Part shown: in pieces, positions 11,338-26,001 of the stretch
Position numbering within the stretch: position 1 is the first letter of the stretch
Layout of the letters: each line of letters opens with the position of its first letter
NCBI GenBank assembly: GCA_964016885.1
Contig: OZ024742.1
Span: 250,170,001-250,234,000, forward strand
Reading direction: 5' to 3'
Length of the DNA: 64,000 nt
Source: Eledone cirrhosa
Lineage: Eukaryota
Made by a program: the position numbers and the translations under genes
The notes under the pieces: model-generated
Database searches by the model: none
Told to the model about the DNA's origin: nothing
The model's input: only the letters and a program-made list of their open reading frames with translations

Positions 11338-14300
11338 ATGGGGCATCTTTTCTTTGTTTTGTACCTCTCTTTTGTTCTGTCCTACGCCATCTTGTTTTTG
11401 TGTGTGTTGTGTGCTTAGTTTGCGCATGTGTTACATCCGGGTGTTTGTGTGTGTTTTTATTTGTTTATTTATTTGTTTATTTACATGTTACTAGTTAGTT
11501 GTTTGTTCTATGTGTGTGTGTGTGTGTTTTCATTTTGTCCTTAATTGTAAGTTGTGATGTTGCAATTCCATTCACGTTTTCTATTTAATTTGGTTGGAGT
11601 TCATTTATGTTTATTGCCTCTGTGATTTGTCTAAACATTGCGTCTTTTGGGTGTGTGGATTCTATTGTTATTTCTGTTCTCTAATTTGCCCTTATGTTCT
11701 ATTTTAGCATGTTGGTGGAGTATTGATGATTCTTTTTTTATCTTGATGTTTTCGCCAGTATTCATTTAACCATTCTCCTATGCTACGAGCTGTCTCACCT
11801 ATGTACACTATATTCTTATCTTTATATTGTCCTTCAGTATATCTTATGCTATATACTACATTTCTAGTTTTACAGTTAATATGGGGGCTTAGTTTACAGA
11901 TTATGCATTTCCAGGGTGGTCTTTGAAAAGGGTATGTATTGCTAATAAGTGTTTTTATAGAGGTACATGGTCGTTCTACTATCTTAATATTAAATTTATG
12001 TTTATCTAGGGCCCTTCTAAATTTCTAAGCTAATTCACCTCTAGGGGTTGTATTGATGAACATTACACTCTGGTATTTATTGCTATCATACTATGAGTTT
12101 ATTCTATTAACCTTATTCCTAGTTCTTTCTATTCTATTCCAAAATTTGCTCCTATACAAGGGGCAGGTCCCATTTGTATCATTATTTACCATTATTCCTA
12201 TTTGGTTCTGGCTCCTCTATATACTCTGATTTTATCTCTCTGATTATAACCAGAGAACTGCATACAGTGAATGAAGTGTTGTATGTGTCTCTCTAGTTCT
12301 TTGGGGTTGCTCATGCGGGACACGTTTCTCATCACCCGTACCAAATCCGCAATCAGTATGCTGATTTTGGTGTCATCCGAAACAGCTGAGTTTCGGTGGA
12401 TCAGATATTTGAAAGTCATGGGTTTGGCATAATGGGAATGGAGGATTTGTTTTTTGTTATTAATGGTTTCTAACCAGAGCTATGTTTCTAGTACAGGTAT
12501 TCGACGGTTCGGGTGTTTGCTTGGGTAGTCTATAGTAACTCTAATACTCTGGTGGATGGAGTTAACTATTTGCTGGATGCTTTCCATGGTCTTTTTCTCT
12601 AATGCCTGACTGTTCTCTAGTGGGGGTGTTTTTTACTACGATGTTTATATCATCAACGTAGCGGGAGTACATTATCAAGGTTAAGAGGCTGCTGTCTTCT
12701 AATTGTTCTTTAAGTTTAAGTTTATTGTCCCACCATACCATGAATAGCTTAGCTAAGTCACCTGCAATGCTAACACCAATTGCTGCTCCCTCCTCTTGGG
12801 CATATGATTTTCCATTAAATTTGAACATATGTTCCTTAAGGGTTAATTTTATACTGGCCCCCACCGCATGTGCAATCATTTTTTTAGTTCATCGTGGTTT
12901 TCGGGGGTCCGTATGGCTCTGGTCCACCCGTTTCATATTTCTGTGTGGGTTTTCTTGGCCTTTGAGGTAATGGTAGGTGGTCTGCCTCTTGCTGTTCTTG
13001 TAGGGCACAGGTTGCTAAGGTCATATGTATCTAGATAATCATTACTATAGGTAAGTTTAAGTAGGAGTCCCAGCTCACTGGTATTTATCCCACGGAATTC
13101 AACATTGCTCTCAGTGATCATTTCTACGCATTTCTCCACAGCAAAATCCACGTCAATGGATGGATATAGGGACACAACATCCATACTTCCTATTATACAG
13201 TCTGTTAGGTCCCTAGATCGGTTATTTTCGCTGATTCCGCTGAGAAGGTATTTCAATGATGGGGCGTATGATCAGGGAGAGGAAGTAGGAAAGTCTGTAG
13301 TTACTAGCAATGTTAGCTCCACAGACTGGCCGTGTTGGTTTTATGATCTTTTCGAAGCCCATACAACGCTGGCACGTCATTGTTCCAGGAAGGTGTTGGC
13401 AGTCCTTTTTATTGGGATGCATTATGTTTGTCCACATCATCATATGGTCATTGAGGGTTTTCTCCCTATCCTCATGCTCTTGTGGTGTTACTTCTCTTGT
13501 GTTAGTGACGTGAGGTTGCATTGCCTGGATGTAGTTTGACAGACTGTCAACCGACATTCTGCCAGACTTGTCTGTTGGAAAGCATGCAATCTCTCCATCA
13601 CGCGAGCGCTGCATGAGCTTACGCAAGCCATTTGCAGATTTTTCTCCCAGTTGCTGGGCCTCCATTCTATTTTACTTCTTGCTATAATGTTCTATAATAT
13701 TTTAGATCTAGCTATACTAAATTGGGCTTCTGTTTGTTCATCGACCTGCGACAGCAATTGCGTGCGTTTGTTAAAAGCTAAAGTCGTGGTGTCGACTCGT
13801 CGTAGGTCGAAGGACATATCGGAAGGATTATAAAAATAGAGTTCCAGGCTGCTGCTTTATGTGTAATATTGCTATTGTTATTGTTAGTTATGTTGTTTCT
13901 ATTTCTATTTCCACCAACAGCTTCGTGGTTGTTTCTATGTCTCCCATATTAACTGTAAAACTAGAAATGTAGTATATAGCATAAGATGTACTGAAAGACA
14001 ATGTAAATATAAGAATATAGTGTACATAGGTGAGACAGCTCGTAGCATAGGAGAACGGTTAAATGAACACTGTCGAGAACTTCAAGATAAAAAAGAATCA
14101 TCAATACTCCACCAACATGTTAAAATAGAACATAAGTGCACATTAGAGAACATAGATATAAAAATAGAATCTACACACCGAAAAGACGCAATGTTTAGAC
14201 AAATCACAGAGGCAATAAACATAAATGAACTCCAACCAAAATTAAATAGAAAACATGAATGGAATAGCAACATCACAACTTACAATTAAGGACAAAATCA

Positions 14301-14486
14301 AAACACACACACACATAGAACAAACAACTAACTAGTAACATGTAAATAAACAAATAAATAAACAAATAAAAGCACACACAGACACCCGGATGTAACACAT
14401 GCGCAAACTAAGCACACAACACACACAAAAACAAGATGGCGTAGGACAGAACAAAGGAGAGGCACAAAACAAAGAAAAGAATCCCA

Positions 14487-14529
14487 GTCACTGAAGAACT
14501 CACAGAATGTGTGACGAAAGAACTTTGAC
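14487..14529 (+). ncRNA. Minimal type I hammerhead in family A pLTR
   Basis: GTCA-CTGAAGA-ACTCACAGAATGTGTGAC-GAAA-GAACTT-TGAC. Confidence 0.75.
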
Positions 14530-14725
14530 AATATATGAACAACCGTCCGGTTATGGAACCAACCAACCAAACGGAAATTTATAAATTTAATTTATAGTAA
14601 ATTGGTGTGAAAGCGACTGGTGCATGTGTTTCTTATTGGCAACATGACCCTCCCAAAGCATAACAATATCGGTTTCAACACACGTTTTCAGATAAAGAAT
14701 CTTGCTAAACAAATTCAGAAATGAA

Positions 14726-14830
<105 letters not shown>

Positions 14831-15432
14831 GCGTTTGTGTGTGTGTGTGTGTGTATGTTTTTTTGTGTGTGTGTATGTATGTATATATATATATATATAT
14901 ATCTTTTTCTCCTCTTTTCCAATAACTCCCCTCACACTTCTTCTCGGACCCCCCCCCCCCCCAACAGTCTAATGATGAAGGTCTTATGTCTGAAATGTCG
15001 CACCCACACCCCCTGATCTCATTAAGCGTGAACCTAATATCATTTGTAACTTGTACCACTGCTGTGTTGTTGTTTTTTTTATATTCCTATATATATATGT
15101 GTGTGTGTGTGTGAGTGTGTGTGTGTAGCTTCTTATATTTTACCCGTTATAAAGAATTTAGCCACTCAGTTCTCACCCTAACAACACTTAATATACTCTA
15201 TCCAGAGTAATATCCCACCGTTTCTCGGGATATTAATCCTTATAAGATCCTCTGTCTCCTTCTCACACCACGCGCCCCCATTGCATCTGACACTAATAAA
15301 TCAGAATACGCTCACCTACAACCATACACACTCACACACAGGCACATACACACGCAGACACTCACACACATGTACATACACACAAACATATATATATATA
15401 TATACTCAACTCTCTCTCTCCCTCCCTCGTTC

Positions 15433-15487
<55 letters not shown>

Positions 15488-15629
15488 TCATATATATATA
15501 TATATATATACATACACATACATCCATACACGGGCACACACACACAAGCATATATATGTGTGTGTGTGTGTATTGAAAATAGGTTAATCCCCAAAGTAGA
15601 CCCTCTAGCAAGAGTCGATCGCTATAAAT

Positions 15630-15850
15630 AATGATTTCTAGTATAGGCACAAGGCCAGTAATTTGGGGGGGAGGGGAAAGTCGATTAAATCCACCCCAGT
15701 ACGTTACTGGTGCTTTATTTTATCAACCCCGTAAGGATGAAAGACAAAGTTAACCTCGGCGGGATTTGAACTCAGATCGTAAAGAGCTGTAACTCTATGC
15801 TACGAAGCATGGTGTCCGACGCTCTACCGATACTGCCAATCCACCGTCCT
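15630..15850 (-). mobile_element. Full-length SINE (long variant) with 13-bp TSD
   Basis: TSD GATCGCTATAAAT at 15617-15629 and 15851-15863; A/B boxes and core present. Confidence 0.92.
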
Positions 15851-16339
15851 GATCGCTATAAATGATAGAGGCGGAAAAAAGTAAACAAAAGCCGCTGCAG
15901 AAAATGGAACTTCTTGTCTCTCAAATTCCGGTCGAATGGTTTCACCATTAAGCTAGGTGACGACTGGCAACTAATCCCGTCAAATCTCAATGTAATCAAG
16001 TTTTATAAATTACGAATCAATAGTTGGGTTTAGAAATTTGAAAATATGGGAGTGCCAAACTCAGTTACTTTAATGACATTCGGTCGTCATAAATAATAAT
16101 TTAGAAAATCCGGTAAAATATCACAAGAGACGGAAATAAATTCACTATTCATTATCACCTGTCCGCTGGGTCTGTGGGGCGGCTAGCACGTGGGACCCCA
16201 TGTGCTCACTATACAGAGAGATGGGGAGGGTGAGAGAGATGGGGGCGATGACTGTGGGAGTTCGGCTCTTCCATGTTCGGATACATTGCACCTATCAAGA
16301 GTGTGTATTGATCCCTCATTCTTTAATTCTTTCGTAAAT

Positions 16340-16440
16340 AATTATTTCTACTTTTGGCACAAGGCCAGCAATTAATCAGTAGATTACTGGTACTTTATTT
16401 TATCGACCCCATAAGGATGAAAGGCAAAGTTAACCTCGGC
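16340..16440 (-). mobile_element. 5'-truncated SINE with TSD
   Basis: SINE 3' half flanked on both sides by TTCTTTCGTAAATAAT. Confidence 0.85.
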
Positions 16441-16589
16441 CTTTCATCCTTTCATTCTTTCGTAAATAATGTAGGATCACATAACTTGCACTAACATCGT
16501 CATGTCTTCATGGTAATTCCTAAATTTGATTCGCCATAATTGAAACGTTCTACTATTCATTCTAAAAGCTTAATTATAATTCAGAGGGA

Positions 16590-16940
16590 GACAGATTTTT
16601 ACGGGCAAAACCGACCGGCAGGAGGCCCAGGGATAGACCCAAGGAAGATGGTTCGATAGCATCCATGCGCTCACCTGATCTAACTTGGGGATCCAGGCGG
16701 AAGAATTGGAGACAGCTGTTACTTATAGTACCCACTAGGAGGCGTACGTGAGGTCTTTGCACATACGGCCCTCCCAGCAAAAGAGACAGAAGTTACCAGA
16801 AATAAAGGAGAGAGTCACATTGAAGAAGAAGAAGAAGAAGAAGAAGAAGAAGAAGAAGAAGAAGAAGAAGAAGAAGAAGAAGAAGAAGAAGAAGAAGAAG
16901 AAGAAGAAGAAGAAGAAGAAGAAGAAGAAGAAGAAGAAGA
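16590..16940 (+). mobile_element. RTE-clade LINE 3' fragment followed by (GAA)n
   Basis: Frameshifted ...LRAKPTGRRPRDRP..RW.D.I...LGIQAEEL, the G-R-RGRP-RW-D motif of RTE C-termini; (GAA)n at 16822-16940. Confidence 0.7.
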
Positions 16941-17539
16941 TCTAGTGGGGATTGATGTTGGCAGAATGCTTTTTGTAAGGTAAAGTAAAACATGTATTAG
17001 TATACCATTGAGAGAAAAAGCATCCGATGTTTCGTAATAGGCCCTTCGTCGAAAAGAGAAAGAAAGTGACCGAGGAAAAGTCGGACTACCAGATTTCAGT
17101 TCTCGAAGGGAACTATTTTCCAACCTCTCTCTCTTTCTCCGATGAAGAACATGGTTCAGAAAAAAATAAATAACCAGCACAGGAACTTTTTAAAAGAACG
17201 ATATTATTATTAAATAGGAAGGCGAAAAGAATAGGAAAAACAACTTAGAAATTCTAAGGAAATGTAAGTTTATTGGAGAATGGAATGTCAACATGGGGAG
17301 GGGCCAGTGGTTACCTTACAGGAGGAACGAATACCTGAGAGGACATAATTCGTGGGATTCCTATGTTCTTACAGATGAATCTCTCAGTCTGGGAATGCCA
17401 AGAAGGATGGCATTACAAACGCTACTTGCAACTGAAATCTGCCATTGATGAACCTTCATGAAACCTATGTCTGTGGTAGGGATAGAATTTATAGCAGAAG
17501 AGTATTGCTATTTCATATATATATATATGTATATCATAT

Positions 17540-17604
<65 letters not shown>

Positions 17605-18142
17605 TTCATGCATATATATATATATATATTAACATTTCTGGGCAGCTGCTGTCACTTAAAACAGTCAACAATTACGTACACTAATTATAGATTTTATAAC
17701 AAAACAAAAAGCAACAATAACAACACCAATAGTAACAGCAAAACTATGTAAGATATATAACCAGCATACCTCTTTGACGGGATTGTGAGAGGATCAATAT
17801 TACAGAAGGCCATTAACTTCCATCTCACTGTATATGTCGCTCCTCTTTAAATTTTCTCTTTCTCTCACCCTTTTTCTCACTCCGTCTCTCTCTTTATATA
17901 TATTTATATATATCTTTCTCTCTCACTCCTTCTCTCTTTCTCTTTGTCTACGTTTAAATACGCTAAATTTGAGATTGAAGAGCTGTCAAGTCAACTTCGG
18001 GAGGTGGTCTCTGCAGTTATCCGGTCTGAGAGAAGAGCGAGGTTCAATTCCTGTATACGGTCCTTTCACATTTTTTGTGTCTCATGATTCGCCTTCTCAT
18101 AAATAATCTTAAATGTACATACACACAGACATATATATATAT

Positions 18143-18424
18143 AAAGTCTAAAGTCTGTATTAAGCCTGAAGGCTCATTTGGCCGGTGCTTATCCCGGTTT
18201 CATGACGTGAAGCGACTGAGAGTACAAGACTCCCCAGTGGACAGGGCACCAGTCTATCGCAGAGGTAAACCCCCAGCTATTGCTGGTACTCATTTTCAGC
18301 TGAGTATACTGGAGCAACGTAAAATGAAGTGTTTTACTCAAGAAAACTACACGCAACCCAGGAATCGAACCCGCGACATTATGATCGTAGGTCCAACACA
18401 CTTACCACTAGGCAACGTGCCACC
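18143..18424 (-). mobile_element. Second tRNA-derived SINE family (CORE/V-like domains)
   Basis: Minus strand: GGTGGCACGTTGCCTAGTGGTAAG (A box), GGGTTCGATTCC (B box), TTCTTGAGTAAAACACTT, GCGATAGACTGGTGCCCTGTCC and a (AGACTTT)2 tail. Confidence 0.85.
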
Positions 18425-18469
18425 ACACACACATACACACACACACACACACACATACACACACATATA

Positions 18470-20137
18470 GGCTACCCAGCCAACCCCGAGTGATGCTAAC
18501 CACGCGGTACATCTGGTGGGGCTTAAGAAGTCATGTAATTGCAGAGACCCATCGCTATGCCCCATTAGTAATGAATGCATGACCAAAAACGTGGTCTACA
18601 GGTGCAAGGTCACAACCCCTAACTCGGAGCACCACTACATAGGATCCACAGCGCCGAGCTTCAAAGCTCGGTGGTATAACCATTGCCATTCCTTTAACAG
18701 AATAGATAAGAGGAAATATACGGCCCTTTCTGAATTGATCTGGAAGCTCAAACTTGAGAGGACCCCGCACTCTATGGTCTGGTCCGTGGTTAGAAAGGTT
18801 CCCCCAGACAGAGGCGCGTCTGGTATTTGCAACCTCTGTCTTAGTGAGACACTAGAGATTCTTCATGGAGGAACCAAGCTATTAAACAGAAGGGCCGACT
18901 TATTCGGTGTCTGCAGACACCTAAGCTATATGGATAAACCTCGGCCTCCCACAAGCCCCCCCCCCCCCGGTAGGTCCCCTACATCCCGTACCAATGACCA
19001 ATGGACAATAACAACCACCCATGGTTTGCGGTCCCTATGGTGGATGATCCACCGGATCCTCTACTGGTTAGGAGTCATCTAAACAATGTTTTATTGAACC
19101 TGATTGTATATATATATCTATATATGTGTATTTTATACGTGTATGTATGCGTATTTTATATATGTGTGCGTATCTGTATGTATATATTTTATATATATGT
19201 GTGCATGTGTGTGTGTAGTTTATATATATATATATATATGTATGTTTTACGTGTGTATATATTTTGTGTGTGTGTGTGTATTCTATGTATATATATATTT
19301 TTTTTTATATTTTTGTATTTATATATTTTATATATATGTATGTTCTGTGTATATATATATATTATATATATATATATATATGTGTGTATACTTGTACGTA
19401 CATGCATGCATGCATATATATATATACACGCCTGTATGGATCTGTGTGTATATGTGTGAGTGTTTGAGGGGGTAGGTGTGAGTGTATGTACAAGTGAACC
19501 AGCATAAAACTTTTATTTCTAAATGTTCTAAACTATCTAAGTATTGGACTCTAACCCTTATTTTAAGTATTACCACCCCACTTTTTGTATGTGTGGATGT
19601 GTCTGTGTGTGTCTGTGGAGGTGGGTTTGAGTGTAGTGCAAGCCAACCTACATAAGCCTTTTTATTTGTAAACTTTCTACTCCAACCATAATTTTAAGTA
19701 GCACCACTCCACATAAATTCCTCAATTTAAGAATGACCTGTAGTATCTATTTCATACTATTAACCTTATTTAAATATATATCTGACCAAGAATGCCTTTT
19801 GTGAAAATCAGTCATGTGGAACTATTGTCATCTTGCCTGATGGTGTGAACATTACAGAAACACCTGCCTCTTTGAGGTCAAATATCAACCTACTACCATC
19901 TACAAACTGACCAATGAGAATCAAGACTATTCCTGCTGAAAACATCGAATTATTCCTAACAAGCTCATATGTCCCAATGCTCTGATACCATCAACACTAT
20001 ACACACAGAGCTGGCATATCTAAGAACTGACTAACTGCCTGATGAGGTCATAGCCATTCAATGGCTATCATCGAAATATATATATAGCAGTAAATAAAGG
20101 ATTATGAGTTCATGCAATGGACTTATGTTTCGTCACT
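18470..20137 (+). mobile_element. 5'-truncated Penelope-like element (family B): GIY-YIG domain + pLTR
   Basis: ORF 18516-19082: CNCR..CPI...C.TKNVVYRC...YIGST...FKAR..NH..SF...CNLCLSE...LLNRR...CRH. 3' UTR has a hammerhead and AATAAA; ends at (TA)n. Confidence 0.88.
20034..20091 (+). ncRNA. Intact type I hammerhead with (TA)n stem III
   Basis: ACTGC-CTGATGA-GGTCATAGCCAT TCA ATGGCTATCATC-GAAA-TATATATA-TA-GCAGT; stem I is perfect (ACTGC/GCAGT). Confidence 0.85.
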
Positions 20138-20495
20138 ATATATATATATATAGTAATAATATATATAGTAATAATAATACATTTGAAGACTATATAAATA
20201 TATATATATATATATATATCATAAAACATGTCTATAGAATCACCAGATAAAATATATACCATTTCCTCTCCCAATTAGCATAATTAACCATATAAAAAAT
20301 CGATTAGACCAAGCCATAAGAATAAAGGCTTCTATGAAGAAATCTCCGACAAATAACCGAAAGCAGCCCTTCCCGTCGCTTGGGACGGAGTATTTATCGA
20401 GTATTTCGACAGCGTGTATAAATCGTCCAGATATACAGTCAACTAAACAGAATTAGGTGTAAAATAAACTAGGAGAAAAGTGAACATATTTAGTT

Positions 20496-20573
20496 ACCTC
20501 TACCATGGTTTCGTCCGCATTTTAAGATATCCGATAACATCGGACATCTAGAGCATCGGACTCTTCAGGAAGT
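20496..20573 (-). ncRNA. Intact type I hammerhead with palindromic stem III
   Basis: Minus strand: ACTTC-CTGAAGA-GTCCG...CGGAC-GAAA-CCATGG-TA-GAGGT; lies inside a non-coding segment (20220-20760) between TA tracts. Confidence 0.85.
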
Positions 20574-20774
20574 TAGCTCAAATTTAGACAATAAATTTTC
20601 CAAAGTGATCGCGTCAAGAATACATTCAAAAATGGCTAAGAATCGTGACGTAGCAGCGGTCAGGTTACAAAGAATGTGATTAGATGCTTACGGCTGGTGG
20701 CCTTTTGCTAGAAAGCGCAGCACAATACAGCCAAAATTGTATCTCAACCTAACGGGAGATTATTACATATAAAG

Positions 20775-20922
<148 letters not shown>

Positions 20923-21160
20923 CTTTATATATATATATATATATATCTATATATATATATATATATATATATGTTAATCAAAATATTAACAAATGAAGAT
21001 ATACACATAATCAAGATATATGCTTTATTATATATCTTTCGAAGTTACTGTGTGTTTTTCAGTACGTCATTAAAAACTCCATGAAACCTAACTGTTGAGT
21101 GCTTTTAATCTATTGTAAAACTGTATTCATTGAGTAATCAATGAACCATATTAATCTTTG

Positions 21161-22903
<1,743 letters not shown>

Positions 22904-23209
22904 GAAATTTCACCCGATATCAATACAATAAATGTAATCTGAGTTTTTCGAATATTAATAATAACATTCGATTCGTTTGCAATTATGCAAACAAGCCTCA
23001 ATTTGAATTTTGAAAAGCCGGCCATTTATCGCTCGTATACAGGAAACTGACTGGCCAGTCTGCTGATCAGTGGATCTGCTAATATGCAGATCTGACTGAT
23101 CAGCCAGTCTGCTTACATGCAAATCAGGCCGATCAGTCACCGTGTATTTTTGAAAATAGCATATATTTTCACTAGCTCTGACAGTTTGGCATGTGAACAG
23201 TGAGCTTTT

Positions 23210-23257
23210 CTGATGAAGGGTGATAACCAGAAACATGAGTGTCTGCAGTTCTGTTCG
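23210..23257 (+). ncRNA. Hammerhead-like motif, degenerate stem I
   Basis: CTGATGA-AGGGTGATAACCA-GAAA-CATGAGTG-TC; only distal GAACAG/CTGTTC pairing is visible. Confidence 0.4.
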
Positions 23258-23499
23258 CATGCCAACACCAGACCAAGAATGAAGTGTTCATTCTATTGAC
23301 ATGGCTATAAAATTGAGGGAGGTGACGTGCTCTGATTTTGGGTTTGAATAGTTTTTTGGATTCCCCAGTTCAGCAGCCAATAAGTTAAAGAAAATTGAAA
23401 GTTACAACAAGAAAGGCTGAACAGAGAACACATTTTTTAACAAACAATAATTTGTACAACCATAATGGAAATTCCAAGTAACAGAAAATATGTAAATTA

Positions 23500-24569
23500 C
23501 ATTGTTAGAGCCTCAGAGTATACAATATTTTTTGTTCGGCCCTCCGGAGCAAGAATGAAGAGATTGTTTGGCGAGCTCACCCTAGAGCATCCTACATACA
23601 ATTTACCATGGGAGAAGCACTGATCTCATAGTTCGTCTCGCGGAGAAGCTCTGTAGACGTTGACCTCTGGACACTCCTGTCAGGACCAGGTAAACTGTAG
23701 TGACTTAGATGCCTGCCACCAATCTCCAAGACACTGTTTTTAAGACAAATGAGTACCTAATATGTTACGTTCGGATTGTCTGCGTGTGCGGTGGAGAATG
23801 TCCTCAGCTAGACTTTCGCAGTGGTTGTTCCACAGTGCGAGAGGTTCGGCGAGATCGCAGTTGTACAGCATAATAGCAAAAGGTCTTCGCAGCTGAGAAG
23901 GGACTTTAGCAGTTGCTGCTTCTTGCAGGGTGAGGTGCCAATGGCTGTCATCGTGTAACATACTACGCATCTGGCAAGCCAAAATATAAGTGGAACATTG
24001 ATGGCCATTGATGGTTCTCAGATCTTGGAAAAACTGTGGTCCTCTAACCTCGAACAGTAACAATGACGATAAGCCATCTGTGCTTTCGTGAAATAGGTTT
24101 TAATTTTTGTGTATGCAAAAATATCTGTACACGAATATATATATTAAAATAACAGATTAAAGTTTAAGCAAAGGCTTTTACACTTAACGGGATCTTCTGA
24201 AACTAAAAACATCAATCTGTGAACGCAGAAGTAAATATTTCGAAAAACATTATCTAATGCAGACAGCCAGACATACAGAGACATATTATAAGGGCGCTAC
24301 GTTATAGCTATGTATCTATCTAAAAAGACAGACTAAGAAAAAGAGGGGACGTCATAAGAAAAAGTGAGGAACGTTGTATAACCGGAAGGTTTGCATTTGA
24401 AATTTTAAAGTACTGAATATTTAAATAATGTCTTTAATCATTCAACAAAAATCAGTAGACAAAAATACCCTCACTTTTTTACTTGGAAAAACATCTATGG
24501 TGCAAATTTGGTGCTGTTTGTCCAGCCGTTTGGCGAAAAGTTTGTTACATACATACGGCCATCAGCTTT

Positions 24570-24582
<13 letters not shown>
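23500..24582 (-). mobile_element. Internally deleted Helitron carrying a pLTR/hammerhead fragment
   Basis: Minus strand: 5' ATATATAATTTAAAGCTG...GTATGTATG; LLFEVRGPQFFQDLRTING...HWHLTLQEAA (23740-24063) joined to QCFSHGKLYVGCSRV...TKNIVYSEAL (~23505-23625). 24110-24335 matches 33160-33590 inverted. Confidence 0.85.
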
Positions 24583-24649
<67 letters not shown>

Positions 24650-24655
24650 TTTTAT

Positions 24656-24867
24656 TTTTTATTTTATAGAAGGAGCTTCTACAGGACTAGTACTGTTTCA
24701 TTCAGATGAAATCTTCAGGAAGCTCTGAAGAGCTTCCTGAAGATTTCATCTGAATGAAACAGTACTAGTCCTGTAGAAGCTCCTTCTATAAAATAAAAAT
24801 TTTTTACTCTGCCATGTATTGAGTACCTTACTTACTGTGGTTATCCCCGACTCAACCCGGGACCTAC

Positions 24868-24868
<1 letters not shown>
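24656..24868. mobile_element. Perfect 71-bp-arm palindrome of two hammerheads plus a ~70-bp tail
   Basis: 24656-24726 is the reverse complement of 24729-24799 (2-nt spacer); inserted in (TA)n. Confidence 0.88.
24731..24781 (+). ncRNA. Intact type I hammerhead (mirror copy on minus strand at 24674-24724)
   Basis: AGCTTC-CTGAAGA-TTTCATCTGAAT-GAAA-CAG-TACTAGTC-CTG-TA-GAAGCT; 6-bp stem I, GTA cleavage triplet. Confidence 0.88.
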
Positions 24869-24902
<34 letters not shown>

Positions 24903-24923
24903 GTATAAAAATCAATACAATAT

Positions 24924-25039
24924 AATTACTTCATTACCAGAGGTTTCCCGAATGAGGCGAATACGAAATAAACGACTTCATTCGTTCGTCAGACGAGGCA
25001 ATATAAAACATTCGGGAAACCTCTGGTAATGAGGTAATT
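24924..25039. repeat. 31-bp inverted repeat with a hammerhead-like core on the minus strand
   Basis: Arms at 24924-24954 and 25009-25039. Minus strand: CTGACGA-ACGAATGA...TCATTCGG-GAAA-CCTC..GAAG-TA; stem I not evident. Confidence 0.55.
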
Positions 25040-25113
25040 TTGCTCTGATACTTACATAGAGCACTCTTCATTTCTATGACCTTTTCTGTTTCCAACGGAA
25101 ATTTCAATACTAA

Positions 25114-25213
<100 letters not shown>

Positions 25214-25245
25214 TAGGATTGGTGCTCTGAAATAGCGATGTATAC

Positions 25246-25423
25246 ATGAATGTATGTATAGTATATTTGGCAATATACCGTATGTTTAACTAAACACATT
25301 TTGAAGACCTAGCGCTATTATTTTAAAATAGTGACGTAGTCACTACTTTAAAATGATAGCGCAAGGTCTTCATAATGTGTTTAATTAAACATACGGTACA
25401 TTGCCAAATATACTATACATACA

Positions 25424-25428
<5 letters not shown>
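25246..25428. repeat. ~90-bp-arm palindrome between TA tracts
   Basis: ATGAATGTATGTATAGTATATTTGGCAAT...AGTGAC-GTA-GTCACT...ATTGCCAAATATACTATACATACATTCAT. Confidence 0.85.
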
Positions 25429-25483
<55 letters not shown>

Positions 25484-25489
25484 ATTATA

Positions 25490-26001
25490 TATGTTCTGGC
25501 TCGTTAATTTATTAACCTGCCATTGAACCACATTGGCATATGGTTGAACAATACATGTGTCCCTATACGCTTTTTGCGTGTGGGGATATATACTTTGTTA
25601 TTATTAATCTCTTATTGGTCGAGATAAAATTTGGTCGTTTTGACTGCTATTTATAGTGGTCTGCTATTTATAGTTGACTGCTATTTATAGGGGTAGTAGA
25701 TTGACCTCCCTGCCTCTGCCTACTATCTTTGCACACGGCACTGGACAGAATTGCTTCCACATCATTCATTCTCATCTCGGGAACAATTTTGAATAGCGCC
25801 AGTTGGTGATTTGAACTCGGGAATTTTATATTCTCCGAGTGAAAAGAACCTTCTGGCGAGAGTTTATCTTTTCAATGGAAGCCCGCAAGGACTGTCCATT
25901 TATTTTTGAGACACGAAACCGATTCGGTAAAGGTAACCATAGTAAGTACAGTGAACTTTTTGAAATTTAGTTAAAAACTTTTTCTTATTTGCTAAACCTT
26001 G

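Larger units (their letters stand above)
11139..14725 (-). mobile_element. Penelope-like retroelement (family A, Neptune-like) with inverted arm; RT + GIY-YIG pseudogene
   Basis: Minus-strand RT motifs PTDKSGRM, PTRPVCGA, GSMDVVSLYPSI, YAQEEGAAIG and RYVDD. 11139-11885 is inverted against 13943-14669, which carries GIY-YIG (YIGETARS...R..EH) and the pLTR. Flanked by (TA)n; frameshifted. Confidence 0.93.

Noticed and set aside
11139-14725. Long inverted arms as TIRs of a DNA transposon (also 34087-36382 and 40523-43198)
   Set aside because: The arms consist of GIY-YIG/pLTR sequence of a retroelement with RT motifs; no transposase or DNA-transposon TSD.
16748-16945. Poly-Lys/Ser/Leu ORFs (also 57249-57497)
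   Set aside because: (GAA)n microsatellite.
18350-18424. tRNA gene (A and B boxes)
   Set aside because: Continues into SINE body and tail; it is the tRNA-derived head of a SINE, as for the other A/B-box hits.
19833-19885. Extra hammerhead CTGATGG...GAAAC (similar weak hits at ~27565-27615, ~30947-30985 and ~39740)
   Set aside because: Core mismatches and no stem I; may be decayed HHRs but are not supportable.
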